Made by a program: the position numbers and the translations under genes. This document shows, one piece after another, positions 8,994-16,018 of a DNA stretch of 32,000 nucleotides. The stretch is taken from positions 1,170,001 to 1,202,000 of the forward strand of contig NC_017262.1 of the NCBI RefSeq assembly GCF_000175255.2, in the 5' to 3' direction. Within the stretch, counting starts at the first letter, position 1. The number at the start of each line of letters is the position of its first letter. The notes under the pieces were generated by a model. That model made no database searches. It had not been told where the DNA came from and saw nothing but the letters and a program-made list of their open reading frames with translations. Source of the DNA: Zymomonas mobilis subsp. mobilis ATCC 10988. Lineage in GTDB: Bacteria; Pseudomonadota; Alphaproteobacteria; Sphingomonadales; Sphingomonadaceae.

Positions 8994-10286
8994 CTATATA
9001 TTAAGAATATCCATTGTAACAGGCGCCGATTTTATTTCAGCAAGCCCGTTGAAAGCCTTTACAAGATTTTCGATCGCTTCTGATGTGCATGCTTTTGTTA
9101 CCAAGATGACATCAGATGTTTCTTGATCCTGTCCTTCTTGCTGGTTCAGGCTTTCCAAACTGATATCAGCATCAGCCAGAAGAACTACAAGCTTTGAAAC
9201 CGCTTGGGCTGTGTTCGCAATGGACAGACGAATATAAACGCTTTGTTTGTCGCTATCCGCCTTTTCAGTATCCGCCTTTTCAAGATATTGAACCGGAATC
9301 CCGAAAGGCGTTGCATAACCGCCGCGGGCAATATCAACTAAATCAGCGACAACGGCCGAGGCCGTGGGGCCTGCACCGGCACCAGCACCTTCAAATAACA
9401 AACGTCCGACTTGATTGCCTTGAGCCACAACAGCATTAAGCGAGCCATCTGCTTGGGCAAGCGGATGATGACAAGGGACAAGGCAAGGTGAAACTTTTTG
9501 GAATAAACCTTGGGTATTTTTTTTAGCCTGCCCAATGAGACGGATTTTATAACCCATTTGAGCCGCTTTTTGCATATCGCTCAAGGTAACTGTCTGGATT
9601 CCAGAAGTCTTGACCGAATCGAAATCGAGTTTTGTGCCAAAGGCTAAGGTCGACAAAATGGCCAGCTTGTGGGCAGCATCAATGCCTTCGATATCAAAGG
9701 TCGGATCAGCTTCAGCATAACCTAAGGCCTGCGCTTCTGCCAAAACATCTTCAAAACCGCGTTTATCCTTTTCCATCGTGGTCAGGATAAAATTGCTGGT
9801 TCCATTTAGAATACCAAAGATTTGGCTGATTTCGTTGGCTGCAGCTCCTTCTTTCACCCCTTTGATAATCGGGATACCGCCTGCGACGGCCGCTTCATAG
9901 GCAAAAGGAATCTGGGAAGATTCGGCTAATTCAGCCAATTCCATACCATGATGCGCTATCATGGCTTTGTTGGCGGTAATAAGGGCAATACCCTTTTTCA
10001 GACAAGCCCGTGCCAATTCCAAGGCGGGGCCCTCTGATCCCCCGATCAATTCGATGACCAGATCGATGTCGTCTCTTTTGGGGAGATCAACAACGTCATC
10101 AACCCAGTCATATCGGGATAGATCAATACCACGGTCGCGATTTTTATTGCGCGCCGATATCGCGATAACTTCAATTTTGCGGCCTGTTCTGCGTTCGATC
10201 AGATCGGCGTTATCTTTCAATAATTTCAATACGCCACAACCGACTGTTCCCAAGCCGGCTAATGCTATTCGCAAGCCCTGCACCAT
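8994..10286 (-). CDS. hom: Homoserine dehydrogenase with C-terminal ACT domain
   Basis: 430 aa with ALAGLGTVGCGV, ITANKAMIAHHG, AAVAGGIPII, GILNGTSNFILT and EADPTFDIEGIDAAHKL motifs. Confidence 0.95.
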   Translation of the reverse strand: MVQGLRIALAGLGTVGCGVLKLLKDNADLIERRTGRKIEVIAISARNKNRDRGIDLSRYDWVDDVVDLPKRDDIDLVIELIGGSEGPALELARACLKKGIALITANKAMIAHHGMELAELAESSQIPFAYEAAVAGGIPIIKGVKEGAAANEISQIFGILNGTSNFILTTMEKDKRGFEDVLAEAQALGYAEADPTFDIEGIDAAHKLAILSTLAFGTKLDFDSVKTSGIQTVTLSDMQKAAQMGYKIRLIGQAKKNTQGLFQKVSPCLVPCHHPLAQADGSLNAVVAQGNQVGRLLFEGAGAGAGPTASAVVADLVDIARGGYATPFGIPVQYLEKADTEKADSDKQSVYIRLSIANTAQAVSKLVVLLADADISLESLNQQEGQDQETSDVILVTKACTSEAIENLVKAFNGLAEIKSAPVTMDILNI

Positions 10287-10446
10287 ATATATCCCATAAA
10301 TTTTGCCTGTTAGCTGTTACTTGCCCTGACCGCGTTGTTATTTCAAGCGTGATACGCTTAGGAAGCTCTTTAAATAAAGAAAATCGGGGTTAAAATCGGG
10401 AAATAAGGTAATTGCGTTTTAAGGAAACGAGAAGGCGACTCTATTG

Positions 10447-11153
10447 GTGTTTGCGCTCTTTGATCATTTGAACAATTTTTATTCTGTCATGCTGACTTAC
10501 AGCCTGTCTTTTTTCTAGGTGGCCTGATAGGGCTGGAACGCCAAATTCATCAAAGAATTGCCGGATTAAGAACCAATATACTGGTTGTCTTAGCCACCAC
10601 TTCTTTCGTTAATTTATGTATGCGAATGGGCACAACGGCAGACGCTATCAGGGTTATTGCCGCTGTCGTTTCTGGCACCGGATTTTTAGGCGCGGGCGTT
10701 ATTATGAAAGATGGCATGAATGTCCGCGGATTAAATACAGCGGCCACTATTTGGTGTTCGGCAGCCGTTGGTACTTGTGTTGGAATCGGCCAATATGCGG
10801 TTGCCGCCTTGCTAACGGTTTTTGTTATTTGCGGTAATACCTTGCTACGTCCGTTGGTAAAATGGATAAACCATTTACCTATTTCTAAATCAGAGCCAGA
10901 TGCCGCTTATACTTTGATGATTGTCGTCGATAAAAGACACCTATTGGAAATACAAAAAAGAATTTTAGAAAAAATAGAGTCTCTTCGATATCAAATTGAA
11001 TCTATTCAATTAGAAAATTGTGACGATCAACATTCTGAAATAACCATTCACTTCGGTCATAATGTGACCGAATCCCGAGAATTAGCTGATTTGGCAAGTG
11101 AAATAGCCTCATGGAAAAACCTGCGACATGTCACTTGGCATAATGATTTATAA
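10447..11153 (+). pseudogene. MgtC/SapB family membrane protein, apparently disrupted by a -1 frameshift in a T6 tract at 10509-10514 (could also be a sequence error)
   Basis: The 177 aa ORF at 10620-11153 starts inside the family core (GTGFLGAGVIMKDGMNVRGLNTAATIWCSA). The same frame reads back through FFLGGLIGLERQIHQRIAGLRTN to about 10512 without a usable start. The neighbouring frame carries MLTYSLSFF from an ATG at 10489, or from TTG/GTG at 10444/10447. Confidence 0.7.
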
Positions 11154-11404
11154 GATAGTCCAGTGTTATTTATTTTTGTTAAAAAAAAACTATTTTTTGG
11201 ACTTTTAATTTTAAAATCACTTAAAATATTTCGCTGTAATTTTATGATCTTCTCTGGCGATAAGGGTAATATATCGCTTCATAACATGTTAAGGTCATCA
11301 AGAAGACGTATAAAGACAGACTATAAGCTACTGAAAAATTGACGGTAAATTTTATAGGCCTAATCTGCTGAAATAGCTGTCTCGCCTAGTGAACGGAGCA
11401 AAAA

Positions 11405-12583
11405 ATGACATCAGGTCCATTAGAAGCACTCGAAAATGACTACGCTGATATTCGGGATGAAGTCCGCAAATTATGCGCCGAATTCCCCGGCGAATATTGG
11501 CGGAAGCTTGATCGGGAAAGTGCGTATCCTACCGAATTTGTAAAAACACTAAGTGATGCGGGTTATTTGGCCGCTCTGATCCCTGAAGAATTTGGCGGAT
11601 CGGGCTTACCGCTTTCTGCCGGGGCAGCCATTCTCGAAGAGATTCAGCATTGCGGCGGCAATGCTGGTGCTTGTCATGCCCAGATGTATATTATGGGCGC
11701 ATTGTTACGCCATGGTAATGACGAGCAGAAGAAAAAATATCTGCCCAAGATTGCTTCTGGTGAATTACGTCTTCAGGCTTTCGGGGTTACCGAACCCACT
11801 AGCGGGACTGACACGACTTCGCTCAAGACTTTCGCTGAGAAAAAAGGCGACAAATATATTGTGAATGGTCAGAAAATCTGGACATCCAGAGCTGAACATT
11901 CCGATCTGATGCTGCTTTTGGCGCGGACAACGCCGAAAGATCAAGTCGAGAAAAAGACAGATGGTTTGTCGGTCTTTTTGGTCGATATGCGAAAAGCCTT
12001 AGCCGATGGTGGCATGACCATTCGTCCCATTCGGGCAATGATGAATCATTCTACGACCGAAGTTTTCTTTGATAATATGGAAATTCCGGCTGAAAATCTG
12101 GTCGGCGAAGAAGGTAAGGGTTTCCGTTATATTCTGTCAGGTATGAATGCCGAACGCGTTCTTATTGCTTCGGAATGTATCGGTGATGCCAAATGGTTCA
12201 TCGAAAAAGCCCGCGATTATTCCAGTGAACGGGTTGTTTTCGGTCGGCCTATCGGTGCCAATCAGGGCATCCAATTTCCGATTGCCCGTGCCTATGCGCA
12301 AATGCGGGCTGCCGAATTGATGGTTTATCATGCGGCTCATCTTTTTGAACAGGGCGAGCGGGCAGGTGCCGAAGCCAATATGGCAAAAATGCTGTCAGCT
12401 GAAGCCTCATGGGCAGCGGCTGAAGCCTGTGTTCAGACCTTGGGTGGCTTTGCCTTTGCCGAAGAATATGATGTTGAACGGAAATTCCGCGAAACCCGAC
12501 TCTATCAGGTCGCCCCGATTTCAACGAATTTGATTTTGGCTTTCCTTGGTCAGCATGTTCTTGGAATGCCGCGTTCTTACTAA
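11405..12583 (+). CDS. Acyl-CoA dehydrogenase family protein
   Basis: 392 aa with QAFGVTEPTSGTDTTSLKTFAEKKGDKYIVNGQKIWTSRAEHSD, VFFDNMEIPAENLVGEEGKGF and a C-terminal QTLGGFAFAEEYDVERKFRETRLYQVAPISTNLI. Confidence 0.92.
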   Translation: MTSGPLEALENDYADIRDEVRKLCAEFPGEYWRKLDRESAYPTEFVKTLSDAGYLAALIPEEFGGSGLPLSAGAAILEEIQHCGGNAGACHAQMYIMGALLRHGNDEQKKKYLPKIASGELRLQAFGVTEPTSGTDTTSLKTFAEKKGDKYIVNGQKIWTSRAEHSDLMLLLARTTPKDQVEKKTDGLSVFLVDMRKALADGGMTIRPIRAMMNHSTTEVFFDNMEIPAENLVGEEGKGFRYILSGMNAERVLIASECIGDAKWFIEKARDYSSERVVFGRPIGANQGIQFPIARAYAQMRAAELMVYHAAHLFEQGERAGAEANMAKMLSAEASWAAAEACVQTLGGFAFAEEYDVERKFRETRLYQVAPISTNLILAFLGQHVLGMPRSY

Positions 12584-12606
12584 AATTTTTCTTTTCCCGA
12601 TAGGAT

Positions 12607-12635
12607 AGCTGGAGAGGTGACTCTCCGGCTTTTTG
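12607..12635 (+). terminator. Terminator-like hairpin inside the CoA gene cluster
   Basis: AGCTGGAGAG-GTGA-CTCTCCGGCT followed by TTTT: a 10 bp stem with one G-U wobble, GUGA tetraloop and U-tract. Confidence 0.75.
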
Positions 12636-12646
12636 CAGGAGGCTTT

Positions 12647-13522
12647 ATGAATAGCACCTCTTCATCAGAGACTGAGTTGGATGTCGAGTTTTTGCGGGGA
12701 TGGATCGGCCGTGAGATGACGGCGGAAGATGTCATTTTGGAAGAATTGGCCAAACGCTATATTGCGGTTCTTGACTTGCCCCCATCTGCCTTGAATGAAG
12801 GCGCGATTGCTCCACAGCTTATTCATTTCTGTTTGGCTCCGACTGTTGTTTCGGGAAAAGAATTAGGGGCTGACGGCCATCCCTCCAAAGGCGGATTTTT
12901 ACCGCCTGTCCCATTGCCTCGTCGAATGTGGGCAGGGGGCGACATCCATTTCCTTTCGCCTTTACATATCGGGGAAAGGCTTTGCCGTCATAGCCGTATT
13001 GTTGATGTTGTGCCGAAAAAAGGCCGTAGCGGTCTTCTTTGCTTTGTAACCGTCGAGCATGAAATGAAAGTAGAAGGCGAGCTCAGAATACGGGAAAGGC
13101 AGGATATCGTGTATCGGGAAGCCGCTACCAAGCCTGCACCGCAGCCAGCAACGCCTTTGCCCGCTGTCGGGCGAGGTGAGCATAGTCAGGATATTATACC
13201 GACTACGCCTTTGCTGTTCCGTTATTCAGCCATTACCTTCAACAGCCATCGTATTCACTATGACCGGAATTATGCGGTTAATGAAGAACATTATCCCGCC
13301 TTGGTCGTCCACGGTCCTTTACAGGCTTCGCTGCTGATTCATTTCGCGGCCAAAATTAAGAAAGCCCAGCCCAAGCAGTTTCTCTTCCAAAGCCGATCAC
13401 CTTTATTTGATAATGCCGATTTTTCTTTGAATGCCCAAGAAAATGAAAAAGGTTTGTCTTTGTGGACGTGCAAGGATGGCGGGGCTATCGCCATGAAGGC
13501 AGAGGCCATATTCGATGACTAA
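12647..13522 (+). CDS. Hotdog/MaoC-like CoA hydratase (FAS1-like, itaconyl- or mesaconyl-CoA hydratase-like); the listed ORF begins at a GTG at 12617
   Basis: Sequence with AGRHSRIVDVVPKKGRSGLLCFVTVEHE-like (ERLCRHSRIVDVVPKKG) and FRYSAITFNSHRIHYDRNYAVNEEHYPALVVHGPLQASLL motifs. AGGAGG lies just before the ATG at 12647; the GTG lies in the hairpin loop. Confidence 0.8.
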   Translation: MNSTSSSETELDVEFLRGWIGREMTAEDVILEELAKRYIAVLDLPPSALNEGAIAPQLIHFCLAPTVVSGKELGADGHPSKGGFLPPVPLPRRMWAGGDIHFLSPLHIGERLCRHSRIVDVVPKKGRSGLLCFVTVEHEMKVEGELRIRERQDIVYREAATKPAPQPATPLPAVGRGEHSQDIIPTTPLLFRYSAITFNSHRIHYDRNYAVNEEHYPALVVHGPLQASLLIHFAAKIKKAQPKQFLFQSRSPLFDNADFSLNAQENEKGLSLWTCKDGGAIAMKAEAIFDD

Positions 13523-14327
13523 TTTTTCTTGTATCGCCCCGATTTTTGTACCGGCTTCTCGCCCTGAACGCTTCTCAAAAGCGGCGGCAAGCGGTGCCGA
13601 TGCTGTTATTATTGACCTTGAAGATGCGGTTGCCGAAAAAGACAAAGAGCAAGCCAGAGCCTCTCTTGATACCGCTTTTACGGATTTACCCGTTTTTGTC
13701 AGAATCAATGGTGCGGATACCGCTTGGCATCAGGCTGATATAGAGGCCATTTCAGCTTTGCCTGATCTGGCAGGCGTTATTTTTCCGAAAGCCGAAATCG
13801 GTGCTGCTTTGACTTCTTTGGCAGATCGGTTGAATGATAAGGTTGCTCTGATTGCCTTGATCGAAACAGCGCAAGGCTTGGCTGATGCCCGTCAATTGGC
13901 GCAAATAGATTCAGTCAAAAGACTGGCTTTCGGGTCTATTGATTTCTGTGCCGATATGGGCTGTTCACATAGCCGCGAAGTCTTGTTATCCGCTCGTAGT
14001 GAATTGGTTCTGGCTTCCCGACTGGGAAGAAAGATTGCGCCTTTGGATGGCGTGACCGCGACCATTGATGATCCAGCACCGATTGAGGCAGATGCTCGCT
14101 ATGCGCGTAGTCTTGGTTTTGGTGGAAAATTATGTATTCATCCTCGTCAGATTACGCCGATTTTTAAAGGATTTCGACCAGACGATAGTGAAATCGCGTG
14201 GGCACATCGCGTTCTATCTGCGGGGGAGGGTGCTCAACGGGTTGATGGGGCAATGGTTGATGAACCAGTACGGATTCGCGCCCGTGCTATTTTGGCTCGT
14301 GCTGAAAAAATGAAGGCAACACAATAA
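13515..14327 (+). CDS. HpcH/HpaI (CitE-like) beta-hydroxyacyl-CoA lyase
   Basis: 270 aa with FVPASRPERFSKAAASGADAVIIDLEDAV, VRINGADT, ALIETAQGL, DFCADMG and GFGGKLCIHPRQI. Overlaps the preceding gene by 8 nt (ATGACTAA). Confidence 0.9.
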   Translation: MTNFSCIAPIFVPASRPERFSKAAASGADAVIIDLEDAVAEKDKEQARASLDTAFTDLPVFVRINGADTAWHQADIEAISALPDLAGVIFPKAEIGAALTSLADRLNDKVALIALIETAQGLADARQLAQIDSVKRLAFGSIDFCADMGCSHSREVLLSARSELVLASRLGRKIAPLDGVTATIDDPAPIEADARYARSLGFGGKLCIHPRQITPIFKGFRPDDSEIAWAHRVLSAGEGAQRVDGAMVDEPVRIRARAILARAEKMKATQ

Positions 14328-14365
14328 TATTGCACAATAGCTAAGGAATATTTCTAGTCTTTGAT

Positions 14366-14401
14366 GATGGAAAATGCTGCTTCAGCTAGGCATTTTCCAT
14401 C
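14366..14401. repeat. 12 bp perfect inverted repeat between convergent genes, no U-tract on either strand
   Basis: GATGGAAAATGC (14366-14377) and GCATTTTCCATC (14390-14401). Confidence 0.8.
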
Positions 14402-14445
14402 AAAAAACAGTTTAACCTTCTTTGGAAGGCTCAAACTAGCAAATC

Positions 14446-15450
14446 TTAGCGAGAGATCACCTGACTATTTTCGCTGGTAATTTGAGGTGTATTGCCTGAA
14501 AAATCGACGGAAAGTACAAAAGAGGCCTTCCCATGTGAAGCCGCTTTTCTTTCTGGGCTTTGGGCATCAAATTCCAAAGTCCCCATGGATTGGCATATCA
14601 TATTCGTTTGGTTGCATTGATGGGTAACCGTATCCGTTAATAATCGATAAGAGCGGATTGGCCATCTTGTCAGATAAGTCCGTTTTTGAGCGATAATTTG
14701 ATTCAAAGATTGGGATTTTCCAAAAAAATCAACGACTGGTTTATAATGCGCCATCATCCAGGGAATGGCTTGTTCTGGTGACTGTTCAGCAATCTGGTAA
14801 TATTCTGACAAGAAATTAGTAGCCTGTGCGTCGAGATCGTTATCTTTAGAGGCTGCCTCTTTCGGTTGCGGTTGAGGAAAACTGATTGTCGGTTTTTCTG
14901 ATCTGTCCACTGGTTCTGTGGATGGAATATAATCAGGTCTTTTCGTTGGAACGGTGTTGTTTTTGAGGTCAGACTCCAGTTTCAATAATAGAGGGTCTGT
15001 CAGGGAATAGCCTAAAACTTTTTGCTGTTTTGCATCATAAGAGCAGTAGAGCGTTATGTGAGAAAAACCGCCAAAAGCGTTTGCCAGTTTGGCACGGGTG
15101 CTGACCAGTGTCAGGACGTAGGGGGCTTCGGAATGGGTCGTCAATTTATCGAAGCGCTGACCATTAACGCCTTTGGCGTCATCATCCCATGAAAAATCAT
15201 GGAGTTCGATTTCTCTTAAATAATCATTGGCACCGTCGGCGCAGGCCGCATGTGCCTCATCACCGAATTCAGTTTCTAAGGCATGAGGGTCATTTGCATG
15301 CTGCTCAAGGAAGTCTGGGTCATGCCGTGCCGATTTTTGTGCAGATTGTTCGCTGTTGCGAGAGTTGTTGTCCGTATCGCCATTATGACAGGATGAAAGG
15401 CCGCCAATAGCAGCGAAAAGAACAATAGATGGCAGTAATGTGAGTCTCAT
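14446..15450 (-). CDS. Putative lipoprotein of unknown function
   Basis: 334 aa starting MRLTLLPSIVLFAAIGGLSSCHNGDTDN, a signal peptide with lipobox LSSC, followed by a low-complexity polar linker and a globular C-terminal part. Confidence 0.75.
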   Translation of the reverse strand: MRLTLLPSIVLFAAIGGLSSCHNGDTDNNSRNSEQSAQKSARHDPDFLEQHANDPHALETEFGDEAHAACADGANDYLREIELHDFSWDDDAKGVNGQRFDKLTTHSEAPYVLTLVSTRAKLANAFGGFSHITLYCSYDAKQQKVLGYSLTDPLLLKLESDLKNNTVPTKRPDYIPSTEPVDRSEKPTISFPQPQPKEAASKDNDLDAQATNFLSEYYQIAEQSPEQAIPWMMAHYKPVVDFFGKSQSLNQIIAQKRTYLTRWPIRSYRLLTDTVTHQCNQTNMICQSMGTLEFDAQSPERKAASHGKASFVLSVDFSGNTPQITSENSQVISR

Positions 15451-15523
15451 TATGATTCGATACCGAAATATCGAAAAACTATCTATGTATTTTCAGGGAG
15501 GAATTATCCGAAATGCCGAATAA

Positions 15524-15547
15524 GAAAAAAGCCCGATCATGCGGGCT
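15524..15547 (-). terminator. Intrinsic terminator, probably for tRNA-Ser
   Basis: Minus strand AGCCCG-CATGAT-CGGGCT followed by TTTTTCTT. Confidence 0.7.
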
Positions 15548-15592
15548 GTGTCTTGTTCTAAAATTGTAGAATTTTTTCCTGAAACAGGAAAA

Positions 15593-15685
15593 TGGCGGAG
15601 ACGGAGGGATTCGAACCCTCGGTAGGGGTTGTACCCCTACGACGGTTTAGCAAACCGTTGGTTTCAGCCACTCACCCACGTCTCC
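15593..15685 (-). tRNA. tRNA-Ser, anticodon GCU (GCT in DNA, + strand 15649-15651), with encoded CCA
   Basis: Minus strand GGAGACG...CGGTTTGCTAAACCG...long variable arm...GGTTCGAATCCC...CGTCTCCGCCA. The acceptor, anticodon and T arms pair and a class II variable arm is present. Confidence 0.96.
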
Positions 15686-15952
15686 AGCGCTTCAATGATG
15701 GCTTGTGAAAAGGGGCTATAACCATCTCCTGATCTATGATCAATAACCCAATGCAAAGAAAAGCGATTTTTTTTATAAAAAATGCATTTTAAAGCAAAAA
15801 AATCAGACTTTTGGGTGTTTCTGTTCCAAAAGCTTAATGTGTTTTTGGTCAATCTAATGGCCAAAATGTTATTTTATAGTCTGGATGAAAATATTTCAGC
15901 TGAAGATAGCGGCTATTTTATCTTCCTCGGAAAGGCCTTTGATCGATTTATT

Positions 15953-15982
15953 AAAAAAACTCCGCCTCGGAAGGCGGAGTTA
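15953..15982 (-). terminator. Intrinsic terminator of the oligopeptidase gene
   Basis: Minus strand AACTCCGCCT-TCCG-AGGCGGAGTT followed by TTTTTT; begins about 35 nt after the stop codon. Confidence 0.85.
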
Positions 15983-16018
15983 AAAAGTTTGATAGATTAT
16001 CTGTTGTTTTGATGAGCG

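Noticed and set aside
11162-11206. Possible terminator AGTCCA...TGGACT after the mgtC-like gene
   Set aside because: Only 6 bp arms with a loop of over 30 nt; too weak to call.
13403-13708. 101 aa minus-strand ORF over the hydratase/lyase junction
   Set aside because: Antisense to two well supported coding regions.
15664-15864. 66 aa minus-strand ORF reaching into the tRNA
   Set aside because: Overlaps the 5' part of tRNA-Ser, so it is not a credible protein gene.
15782-16012. 76 aa plus-strand ORF between the tRNA and the oligopeptidase
   Set aside because: No Shine-Dalgarno, and its C-terminal part (TPPRKAELKS) is simply the oligopeptidase terminator read in translation.
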